Of a stretch of 64,000 nt of DNA, positions 51,901 through 58,740 are shown piece after piece. The stretch covers positions 6,642-70,641 of the forward strand of contig JAZLDI010000013.1 of the NCBI GenBank assembly GCA_045614665.1, written 5' to 3'. Within the stretch, counting starts at the first letter, position 1. Every line of letters begins with the position of its first letter. Position numbers and translations under genes: made by a program. The stretch is from Candidatus Enterousia sp. (lineage in GTDB: Bacteria; Pseudomonadota; Alphaproteobacteria; Rs-D84). The notes beneath the pieces were generated by a model. It saw only the letters and a program-made list of their open reading frames with translations. It was not told the origin of the DNA and searched no databases.

Positions 51901-54900
51901 AAAGCCTGTATTATATATTGCCGTTGCGTTTGCCGGTGCGGTACCCGTTCCGTCACCACAATTGTATGTAACGGTATAGGACTTTGGAGTACATACACAG
52001 GACAAGCCGGTGCATTTTGGTGTTTCATATCCCGTGGCACATTCCGCACTTGCCACACAGGTGTTATTAGAAACACTGACCGAACATGTGTTCACACCAT
52101 CTCCTTTGGCGCAATCGGCACATTTTGTCCATTTGGCCGTGAATGACATTTCAGATACACACGTGCCCGCCGCAATAGACGTTGTCTTTATACCAGTTGC
52201 GTCGTTGTACCATCCGTCAAATGTATGGCCGTCGCGTGTGGTTGTAGGCAATGTGATGACGGTTGATTCAACGTTACATTCTGTGTCGCTTACCGTTGTA
52301 CCACCATTTTCATTAAATGTAACCTTGTTCATGCCACCAACTGTCCATTGGGCATATAGTGTCGTTGCCTTTGCAATATCCCAGGTGCGTGCTGATTGAG
52401 CCGCCGCGGTATAGTACTGTGTGCCACCCGTCTTGGCATCAAACCAACCCGTGAATACGTATCCGGCCTTTGTTGGGGCGGTTGTGCTGATTGCCGGCAT
52501 AGTGCTGTCATATGTTGCTAAAACGTCTGCGGTCTGACCGCCTGTACCGCCATTGGCATCAAATGACACTGTGTACTGGTTCGCCGTCTTACAGGCATAG
52601 TATGTACTGTTTTTCGGTGTTGTAAACGTACTTGTCTTAGCTGTACAAGACTGGGATGTTCCCCAACCACCTGTAAATGTGTATCCGGTTTGTGTCAGGA
52701 TGGACGAATCTCCAAAATAACATTCCACGTCCTGGTAACAGGTCACAGATGCGCCAAGCGAACCGGCCCCGCCATTTTTATCCAGCGTTATCACGCGATA
52801 ACAGTCGGATGATGAATCGTGGTCTGCCGTTGTTGTGCCGGTAATGGTATACCCCGTTTCACAATCATCTACGCAACTTGTTGCAGTCGACCCGTTTGTG
52901 GTCTGGTATTTACCAGTTCCACATACAATGCACGACAGGGTTGCGCCATTCACATATGCACCGGCCTTGGCGGTAACTGACGCAACGGTTGGCGTGCATA
53001 CGGTCTCGTTTTCGATGCCATAAAAGTCTTTATAATTGCAAGACGCCCATGTAGCACTGTGACAGTTTGCAGGGATATTACCCTTGGTAACTATTACGGT
53101 ATTATAACAATCCTCTTTTGCATCGGACCCCAGTTCACTGTCTGGATATTCCGTCGGACAGGTCTCTGTGATTCCCTGATTAACAGAGGTGCTATATGTA
53201 TAGTCTCCACCACCACAGTAACTATCTTCTGGACATGATTCGCACTGTGTTTTTAACATTGGCAAATATTTACCTGGATTACACGTGTATGTATTGGCTT
53301 TCCACTGTGCGGTCAAAGTTGTATTTCCAACCGTTGTATATGTATATTCTTTGTTCGCCTTTGGATAATTGCCATTCCAGCCCGTAAATGTATATCCTGT
53401 ACGGCCACACATGGTTCCTGGCTGGGTTGTGAATGTACCGTCAAATATCACCGACTGTGTATTGATAGATGGTGTTTGAATATTGCCACCGTTACAATTG
53501 TAAGTGATGGTATATTCTTTTGGGGTTAATTTACCATAAACCGTGATGTCCCCTGTGCCAGATGTCTTGGTAATTCTGTTTTTGTATGCGGCATCACTAA
53601 ACCAACCACCAAACGTATAACCGGCCTTGGATGCGTCTGTGAATGTCACAGGCGATTCGACCGTGTATGTCTTTGCGTTGCTGTGTGTCGCACCATCAGC
53701 AATTTCATATGTGATATCATAACTAATCGCATCGCCCCAAATTGCATATAATGCAACGCTACCATTATTAGTGGTCGTCAGGTTAGAAACATTTTCTTTG
53801 TCGGAATATTTTACATCGCCGTCGCTGCTGAATGCCCATCCCTGGAAATTCAAGCCGTCTTTTGTAAACTTGTTCGCGTTCAGTTGCTGCGCCACATCAT
53901 ATGTAAATGACTGACTGCTCATCGTGCCCGATCCGCCATTCGCATTAAACGTAACTGTGTATTTATTTGCTGTTGCGCGACATGTGCTTACGGCATTATT
54001 GGATGGCTCACATGTTGGGCTATTATATCCTGCCACCGCAATTGCTGTCGCGGTACCACAAATACCCAATGGAGCACTTGGTGTACAAGATGCAACACCC
54101 GTCCCTTTGTCACAAGTACATTCTGCGCCCCAGACTGCGTACAAATTAACCTTGGCGCCGTCTACACTGCTCAGGTTTAATACACTTTGTTTGTTGGTGT
54201 ATTTGGCACTGCTTGCGCCACTGGTCTCGGCCCAACCCAAGAACTGTTTCGCGTCATTTGTGAATCCATTTGTGGACAAGGTGCCCGACTTATCATATGT
54301 ATGCGTGCTGGTTGCGGGTGTCCCAGTTCCACCATTCGCATTATACACAATCGTATATGTAATCGGCGAACAGCTTGGGTTATAAGCACCGGAATTTTTG
54401 ATATCCTTGTACCCATTTGCACAGTTGGTTGTATAAGAGCACTGGTTGTTTACAATATTTAACGAGCAGGTTGCCCCCGTTCCTGCCGCACACGCTGTAC
54501 AGGGGCTCCATACTGCATATAGTGTCTTTTCACCGCTTGTGATGATATTTTTGATGCTTGCGCCCGGTGCGTATTCGGCCACCGTTGCATCTGTTGTCGA
54601 TGCCCAGCCCTGGAAAGTGCTGTTAGTCTTCAACATTGTGCCCTGAGTTGTTGTCAAACAGGTCCCATTATAAGAACATGTCTGCGAACTGACTGTTGGT
54701 TCGCCCGAGGTTGCGTCGTTTGTATCATATTTAATGGTTATCGAATTTGCAGAACACGCATAATTATAAGATGTCGACCCCGCTGTACCTGTGTATGTCC
54801 CGCTGGTCCCATAACCATCGTTGCAAGTAACTGTACATTTTGGTGCGTTCGTCGTCGTATTTACCGGTTTCGCGGTTCCATTATCGGCACTGCATGTTGG

Positions 54901-56103
54901 TGTTACCCAAACTGCGTACACGCTTGTAGACGCTTTGAGTGTAAAAGAAGTGTTGCCACTTGTGGCGGTATTGGATTCCGACCATCCTTTGAATATCTTT
55001 GTGCCATTGCTAAGCCCGCAAGATGATGCGTTCCACGATGGTAATGTGCACGCCTTATTATAGTAACACGTTGCCGAACCATCAGATGTGCTAGATGCGC
55101 CACCACAGGTGCCAGCCCCGCCATTTTTATTTAATGTAATTGTGAAATAACAGTCATTTTCTGTTTTTGCGCCTGTTGCACTGGTACCTGCCGGACATAT
55201 TGTCAGACCCGCATCAACACCGCTGTTTGACCCGGCTACGCCCTTGCAATAATTGCCGGCCGTACACTGTGCACATTTCGCTGTATCCGCATCCCAATAT
55301 GTACCTGCTCCACAATCGTATGTATACCCCGCCCAAATCGCATAAAGTTTTACATCGGCTGTCGGTGTATATTCGCCAGTACTGCCACTTGTGGCGGTGC
55401 TTGATGTGGCCCAGCCCTTAAAGGTGTACCCGATGCGTGTAGTGGTTGGCATTGTTACGGGCACTGCCGTCCATTGTGCATATAATTTTAAATCCTTTGC
55501 GGATGCTTTGATTCGTGCTATACCGCCGTTTGTTATATATCCGTTTGCGTTAATAACTTGCGTGCCACCTGTTGCCGCCGTGAAATACCCGTTGAATATA
55601 TATTCTGATGTTTGTGACGTAGTGTCAAGCGTCCCACCAACTGCATCGTAAGTAACAGTGTAACTTTTTTCTGGCAAGTCAACCGGATTCGAGGTTGTTG
55701 TCATAACATTCTTACGTGCCGCGTCCAAATACACGTTCGTTTCATAGCGACCATAAATTGTTACTGTGCCGTGGGTTGTCGCATCGTCTTCCAGTGAAAT
55801 CGTTGTCGCGATTGGTGTACATGCCGTTGTTGTCGTAGTAGTTGCCCCCGTCGTGGTGCCACCAACACTGTGCCCGGTTGAACACGTACAGTAAGTCGCC
55901 TTATTCCCATTGACCGTATAGGAATTATCTGGACACGCCGTACAGGCATTGCCCGTTCCGGCTCCATTCAAATAATAGCCTGCGTTACAGGATGTATATT
56001 GTTTTATATCATCACAGGTATAACCATCTGCAAACGAATTCGTTGCGAAAATGACACCCATAAATAATACAAAAAAACCCAGGAAACAGCGTATTTTTCC
56101 CAT
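45925..56103 (-). CDS. Giant secreted mosaic repeat protein (3,392 aa): ~20 Listeria-Bacteroides (Flg_new / InlB B-repeat-like) repeats plus cysteine-rich CxxC modules
   Basis: Uninterrupted 10,179-nt ORF with RBS 'GAGAGGAAG'. Signal peptide 'MGKIRCFLGFFVLFMGVIFATNSFA'. Repeats such as 'YTITYNLNGGT...GYTFxGW...LYAxW'. Cys modules such as 'CxxGxY...CxxCPxxxYC'. Confidence 0.85.
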   Translation of the reverse strand: MGKIRCFLGFFVLFMGVIFATNSFADGYTCDDIKQYTSCNAGYYLNGAGTGNACTACPDNSYTVNGNKATYCTCSTGHSVGGTTTGATTTTTTACTPIATTISLEDDATTHGTVTIYGRYETNVYLDAARKNVMTTTSNPVDLPEKSYTVTYDAVGGTLDTTSQTSEYIFNGYFTAATGGTQVINANGYITNGGIARIKASAKDLKLYAQWTAVPVTMPTTTRIGYTFKGWATSSTATSGSTGEYTPTADVKLYAIWAGYTYDCGAGTYWDADTAKCAQCTAGNYCKGVAGSNSGVDAGLTICPAGTSATGAKTENDCYFTITLNKNGGAGTCGGASSTSDGSATCYYNKACTLPSWNASSCGLSNGTKIFKGWSESNTATSGNTSFTLKASTSVYAVWVTPTCSADNGTAKPVNTTTNAPKCTVTCNDGYGTSGTYTGTAGSTSYNYACSANSITIKYDTNDATSGEPTVSSQTCSYNGTCLTTTQGTMLKTNSTFQGWASTTDATVAEYAPGASIKNIITSGEKTLYAVWSPCTACAAGTGATCSLNIVNNQCSYTTNCANGYKDIKNSGAYNPSCSPITYTIVYNANGGTGTPATSTHTYDKSGTLSTNGFTNDAKQFLGWAETSGASSAKYTNKQSVLNLSSVDGAKVNLYAVWGAECTCDKGTGVASCTPSAPLGICGTATAIAVAGYNSPTCEPSNNAVSTCRATANKYTVTFNANGGSGTMSSQSFTYDVAQQLNANKFTKDGLNFQGWAFSSDGDVKYSDKENVSNLTTTNNGSVALYAIWGDAISYDITYEIADGATHSNAKTYTVESPVTFTDASKAGYTFGGWFSDAAYKNRITKTSGTGDITVYGKLTPKEYTITYNCNGGNIQTPSINTQSVIFDGTFTTQPGTMCGRTGYTFTGWNGNYPKANKEYTYTTVGNTTLTAQWKANTYTCNPGKYLPMLKTQCESCPEDSYCGGGDYTYSTSVNQGITETCPTEYPDSELGSDAKEDCYNTVIVTKGNIPANCHSATWASCNYKDFYGIENETVCTPTVASVTAKAGAYVNGATLSCIVCGTGKYQTTNGSTATSCVDDCETGYTITGTTTADHDSSSDCYRVITLDKNGGAGSLGASVTCYQDVECYFGDSSILTQTGYTFTGGWGTSQSCTAKTSTFTTPKNSTYYACKTANQYTVSFDANGGTGGQTADVLATYDSTMPAISTTAPTKAGYVFTGWFDAKTGGTQYYTAAAQSARTWDIAKATTLYAQWTVGGMNKVTFNENGGTTVSDTECNVESTVITLPTTTRDGHTFDGWYNDATGIKTTSIAAGTCVSEMSFTAKWTKCADCAKGDGVNTCSVSVSNNTCVASAECATGYETPKCTGLSCVCTPKSYTVTYNCGDGTGTAPANATAIYNTGFAPATNTCTEPDGYDFSHWNDGTTIHTAGTDFVWTYTTGKTFTAEYVAEGAKTITYVTPGDTVWSGQYKTSCQVMDSFDLPTADNIARPGYTFAGWKDSTGATVTSVAANTCTTNMTFIAQWNACNSTEDGACGCASGTYPSNGVCTSCTTACSSLGAEYQGTYNICATDGDDTAEKQCYYETTMDCTAPEHTIDFANYLWTTDCGDTVAYQRCIYDTTATTPCKWYYGASECVSVSAEEDTWTCPIQRGFEGGYAVQCNANYFRQDDQCVSCSTVGDGTYQYSTGGQYGPVAYVPSAPEGYIGCRSSTSGVTYVCPNVCPENAKTCTLKNATVAGMKVFLGENVESTIAPYTNCQMSVVCEGGYTAAYTDECFEKFGYLCFTYTGGYSKYYEHITCNPNTYTVEYHDNYMGGEVVMNTQEFVFGDGQSLYSNKFVRDGYTFTGWNTKEDGTGNSYADEQFVNKLTTDAGGVVVLFAQWTPNPYTIKYNLDGGYYAGASNPEKYTIEDAFVLSNPTKRGYDFGGWFSDSNFNTSVTEITAGTTGDKEFWAKWTPVTYKITYNLNGGTYKTGESNPDKYTVETNTIVLKKPEKTGFTFSKWTDANGNTVTQIINGSIGDMVLTANWASDSYVITYELDGGTNNAENPETYTISDTPIELKNPVKTGYVFDGWTGNKVVNNEIVAGTTGHITVTANWTPTTFTVHFDPTDAGSLNVADVTCVYDMECAAADTIEMPNKTFSVWNTQKDGKGKTIVANGSIKNLLSDGGEITLYAIWDQNMVACEAGYYYNNGVRTRCELGQYCPGNGEINEGSTGCIETCPANGATTAAGADSISDCRKVTTDGGDMTFNFGTAKWDCWYTSGSGNNAIYTTNCDSIALTCDAGYYYSGVGNACTPVTNGYYSPAPVVENGTEDTESMTAHACLGETGAANDGIGSNAPRATEADCYSACSLTTADIANSKTVTPDEANAPYNTTKREYEACSYTITCNAGYTAKNGTNPQCVANKYTVTLDKNQGTGDATAYIECTFDSGVCKLPATDGLARAGYVSANKWCTNANGSGACYVANVATSENISANGTDTTLYAIWEPDVFKVELVASDATENATQKPVYLKYTVGWFEDLAASKALTTIDTSALPGKSGYNFAGYSVDDVMVIDAAGMLQNTNSALRVTTEDTTANVVWSEGDTVCEAGYYYPGRGGDCVVCAANHWCPGGTYPTDTGVVGGHEICPDGGISAGGTSATNSGVCYKQGLAYTSTTGKASGTQTCNYDDDTKEYDASCRDHSVKKCVAGYYHVSGIDCIEVGINHYSGADDLKRYECPAEGLTGSLTTADDAGDCYKTVEYNATYGAGTQVCNYTSDNADGSAKYATDCRDKYITTCQGGYYRENAAATDCTAVGYDAYSEPGSLNRTPCPDGGDTNVDNAAESTSCFKAENPFTSDHGSGFQYCIYSPENKGYTECRARMFQKCDAGYYWNAIGDTDCTKVGYGFFGPVADAGNEGHPTARQGCATFDGRAGQTESDTSSDASACFMTEMPCSVSHGSGIKTCGYNTNAEDYSSDCTACMLDTCDEKYYINNNQCDICPAGSVCDESTRTGFDGVANAKPQLCSTLFDGRYPESDAGSTYTGQCFGECDAPANVTTMVGRDYQGATMTDTCEIQVCDTKYYLSGDKSQCELCPENSVCDALSGSDIDLDGTPDSTPMTCDELTGGTHKLSGAGSTKIEQCYTTCEDYEILGGMAIRDSDTVQYDNVCTYKGKSETGNPCEIQTIKGNETCVETSCNPDYELIDGRCKRCDRANATAYKPNGNCLVAKCHTGFHPEGDQCADDVKTCTAPNALAASQTWDSKLGAFGICKITECVDGYHVSSNTCVPDVEVCSVEHGTGTREWDENRGTWGECIATSCEPGYTNDSYESDEPNKQCGRCRNAKSVLGQDAASSYIEGCTIAACMYQGELYNLENNECVPICPVGEEYEDETGTMKWNSTTKKCERKCNDGYMAW
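47200..48135 (-). repeat. Three to four tandem ~90-aa cysteine-rich modules inside the giant ORF
   Basis: Recurrent pattern 'G(S/A)G-x-(Q/K)-x-C-x-Y...C(R)...C-x-(A/G)GYY...C...VG...C(P)...C(Y/F)K'. Boundaries mapped on DNA ('GTQTCNYDDD' at about 48,110; 'IKTCGYNTN' at about 47,270). Confidence 0.65.
49785..50730 (-). repeat. Block of four back-to-back canonical Flg_new-type repeats inside the giant ORF
   Basis: Checked on DNA. 'NTYTVEYHDNY' maps to about 50,700, 'PNPYTIKYNLDGG' to about 50,450, and 'TTFTVHFDP' to about 49,800. Confidence 0.75.
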
Positions 56104-56240
56104 ATCTTCCTCTCTTTTGCTTTTTATGGTAGTAAAAATACGCTATATCGCGCAAGGGGAAATATTAAAAATCAATTAAAAAAATATATTTGACACATTT
56201 TTGATACTTGACTTTTTATAAAAAGCTATTTTTTTGCTTT

Positions 56241-56267
56241 AAAAAAGCCCCAACCGTTTGGTTGGGA
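56241..56267 (-). terminator. Intrinsic terminator after tRNA-CAU
   Basis: Minus-strand read 'CCCAACC-AAAC-GGTTGGGGCTTTTTT'. Confidence 0.7.
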
Positions 56268-56274
56268 CTAATTC

Positions 56275-56350
56275 TGGTGGGTTAGGTAGGACTTGAACCC
56301 ACGACCAAAGCGTTATGAGCGCTCCGCTCTAACCACTGAGCTACTAACCC
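56275..56350 (-). tRNA. tRNA with CAU anticodon (elongator Met or lysidine-modified Ile2; not an initiator)
   Basis: Reverse complement 'GGGTTAG-TA-GCTCAGTGGTTAGAGC-G-GAGCG-CTCATAA-CGCTT-TGGTC-GTGGG-TTCAAGT-CCTAC-CTAACCC-A-CCA'. The 1:72 pair is G-C. Confidence 0.88.
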
Positions 56351-56359
56351 ACGGCGCCC

Positions 56360-56387
56360 ATTATATATTATTTAAAATTTCGTGCAA
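56360..56387 (-). promoter_or_regulatory. Sigma-70-type promoter for tRNA-CAU
   Basis: Minus-strand read TTGCAC-16 nt-TATAAT, ending 9 nt upstream of the tRNA 5' end. Confidence 0.55.
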
Positions 56388-56434
56388 GATAATTTTTTGT
56401 TCTATTTAATGAATTTTTATGTAATGATGCGCGT

Positions 56435-57718
56435 ATGGGGCTGATTTCGCCGATTTTAAATGATGTTCAGATATCTGCGTTTAATGCGATTGAACGCACA
56501 AATTCTAATATTCTCATCCTGGGGCAGGCTGGAACTGGCAAATCTACATTTGTAAATTATTTAAAGTCCGCATCAAAAAAACGCATTGTGTGTGCGTGTC
56601 CGACGGCGGTGTCGGCATTAAATATCGGTGGACAAACGATACATTCTCTGTTTCAGATTCAACCACGTGATTTTATTATGCCCGAATTGTTAAAATTAAA
56701 GGCCAAGCCCAGAAATATTCTAAACGCTACGGATGTGTTGATTATTGATGAAATTTCGATGGTCGCACCGGATTTATTGGACGCAATTGATATCTTGGCC
56801 CGCATGGCACGCCATAACAACGCGCCCTTTGGCGGAATTCAGGTCGTAGCCATTGGGGATTTGTTCCAGTTGCCCCCAGTTATAACGCGCGATGCAATGT
56901 CTTACTATGAATCCACATACGAGCATCCAAATGCTTATTTCTTTGACAGTAACGTTTATAAACGTGCCAATTTTATTCGATTCAGTTTTGATATGGTATA
57001 TCGTCAAAACGATGGGGCGCTATTAGAAAATCTGACTCGATTACGTAACCGCGATATTGATGCATTAAATTTCTTTAATAGCTGCAAGATAGAAGATGTT
57101 GAGCGTCGCGCAAATGCGGTTTTAATAACACCGTTTCGTGACACGGCCGAGCGGATAAATTCATCGCGCCTGGCCCAGATTAATGCGCCGGAAATAATGT
57201 ATGCCGGGACATTGACCGGAACGTTTTCGGAACGCGATGTCCCCGCGCCATTGAATCTTATTTTAAAGGTTGGGGCATTGGTAATTTTTGTAAAAAATGG
57301 TGACAAATGGCACAACGGTTCGATGGGGATTGTGCGGGCAATGTCCACACGTGATATAACCGTACAGTTATTGTCTGATAATCGTGAAATTGTATTGGTA
57401 AAACCTGAAAAGTGGGAAAAGATAGAATATTCCCGTGATGAAAACGATAGAATTGTCGAAAACGAAGTAGGGGGATATAAACAATTTCCGCTGAATCTGG
57501 GGTATGCAATGACCATACACAAGGCCCAGGGAAAAACACTGGATGCGGTTGTTGTAGATATGTCGCGTGGCGCATTCGCCCACGGTCAGACTTATGTTGC
57601 GTTGTCCCGCACACGTGCGGCCACCGATATGCATATTTCGTCGCCCCTGCGACCACGCGATGTTATTTTTGATGATCGTGTACTTGAATTTGTGGGGATC
57701 GATATGCCACACGCATAA
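56435..57718 (+). CDS. Pif1-family (RecD-like, SF1B) DNA helicase
   Basis: Walker A 'GQAGTGKST', 'TIHSLF', Walker B 'LIIDEISMV', Pif1 signature 'PFGGIQVVAIGDLFQLPPV', 'GYAMTIHKAQGKTLD', 'YVALSRTR'. Confidence 0.85.
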   Translation: MGLISPILNDVQISAFNAIERTNSNILILGQAGTGKSTFVNYLKSASKKRIVCACPTAVSALNIGGQTIHSLFQIQPRDFIMPELLKLKAKPRNILNATDVLIIDEISMVAPDLLDAIDILARMARHNNAPFGGIQVVAIGDLFQLPPVITRDAMSYYESTYEHPNAYFFDSNVYKRANFIRFSFDMVYRQNDGALLENLTRLRNRDIDALNFFNSCKIEDVERRANAVLITPFRDTAERINSSRLAQINAPEIMYAGTLTGTFSERDVPAPLNLILKVGALVIFVKNGDKWHNGSMGIVRAMSTRDITVQLLSDNREIVLVKPEKWEKIEYSRDENDRIVENEVGGYKQFPLNLGYAMTIHKAQGKTLDAVVVDMSRGAFAHGQTYVALSRTRAATDMHISSPLRPRDVIFDDRVLEFVGIDMPHA

Positions 57719-58727
57719 AATCTTGTGCATTTTGTGTCAAATCGGAAAACTTAACGCCACGACCTGTAATCAGATTGGTTGGTATTGGTTTACGCTCAAT
57801 CGCCGCCAATACAGATTTAACAACAGCATTTCGTTCGGCGGCGAACAAGATTTTACCCGATTTGCTGATTTTATATGGGCTTTTTTCACCCAGGTCAAAT
57901 GTTGAATGTTCGTCCGTTTCGGCATCGGGCATTTCGTTCCGAACGTTTGGAATAATCAATGTGCGCGTATTTTCTATGTACATTGGGTTAACCTTTTCGG
58001 CATTTTCCAGAAAAACCGCATCTATCATATTGTTATTGCGCAGGACCGCATCGTGTATCGACATAAAAGATACGCTGGTTGTCTTCAATTGCGATAATGG
58101 CGCCAACGGTTCGTGATTTATCGTAATAATATTCTTCAAGAATAAATCGATTTCCGCCTGCGTATAACCCGCGTTTAGCATCGCCTGTTGCAGCATACAC
58201 TGCAACATCAACATTGTTGATGTGCCTTGGCAATGCGTAAAGAAAATCGCATTGCGCGCATATTGGATGGCGGTGTTTATATCGTGACGACGGCCGTATT
58301 GATTGACGATACGTGGCTTAAAGATATGTTCAAACAGAATTTGTACGAAAACAGGTTTTGTTTCAAGTTTATCAACGGTTGCGATTTGCTGGGCACGCTT
58401 TGTGTTATCTGCGTCCAGTTCTATAACATTGCGTCCCGCCGCGCGAAACAGTTCCGCCCGATCGTGTGATGGCACACGTGAACCAAACGCATAGAACGTC
58501 GAATATAAATCAATGCCTTTGATATCGTTTTGTCTTAAAATCTCGCGAATATATCGGCCATAGAATCGTGCTTTGTATTCGTCTGTTGTTTCTTCGCCAC
58601 CCAGTGCAAATATGGCCAGTTTACCAACCGGTATTTGTGATGGGTTGCGAATAATCTCGTTGTCATTTACCGATTTAGGAACAATTTTTATAATCTGCGC
58701 GCTGCTGCGCTGAAAAGACTGATTCAT
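57663..58727 (-). CDS. Hypothetical protein, paralog A (putative Cys-nucleophile alpha/beta-hydrolase-like)
   Basis: Collinear by eye with 58741..59763: 'LGGEETTDE', 'IFFTHCQGT', 'ITINHEPLAPL', 'SFMSIHDAV', 'DEHSTFD'. The C-terminus ends 'HQK'. Confidence 0.6.
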   Translation of the reverse strand: MNQSFQRSSAQIIKIVPKSVNDNEIIRNPSQIPVGKLAIFALGGEETTDEYKARFYGRYIREILRQNDIKGIDLYSTFYAFGSRVPSHDRAELFRAAGRNVIELDADNTKRAQQIATVDKLETKPVFVQILFEHIFKPRIVNQYGRRHDINTAIQYARNAIFFTHCQGTSTMLMLQCMLQQAMLNAGYTQAEIDLFLKNIITINHEPLAPLSQLKTTSVSFMSIHDAVLRNNNMIDAVFLENAEKVNPMYIENTRTLIIPNVRNEMPDAETDEHSTFDLGEKSPYKISKSGKILFAAERNAVVKSVLAAIERKPIPTNLITGRGVKFSDLTQNAQDFMRVAYRSPQIQVHDHQK

Positions 58728-58740
58728 ATCTATGCCTTTA

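Noticed and set aside
45969-55967. Dozens of 60-200-aa ORFs in other frames or on the opposite strand within the giant gene (e.g. 47368..47937, 47995..48531, 51541..52146)
   Set aside because: All are nested inside one uninterrupted 10.2-kb ORF with clear repeat and domain structure. They have no RBS and their translations are low-complexity. They are by-products of the biased codon content of the repeats.
45225-56350. Giant gene as a tRNA-integrated genomic island
   Set aside because: The tRNA-CAU 3' end faces the giant gene. However, I found no integrase or recombinase, no direct repeat of the tRNA 3' segment near 45,760-45,925, and no other mobile-element genes. The left flank runs straight into thyA and tig.
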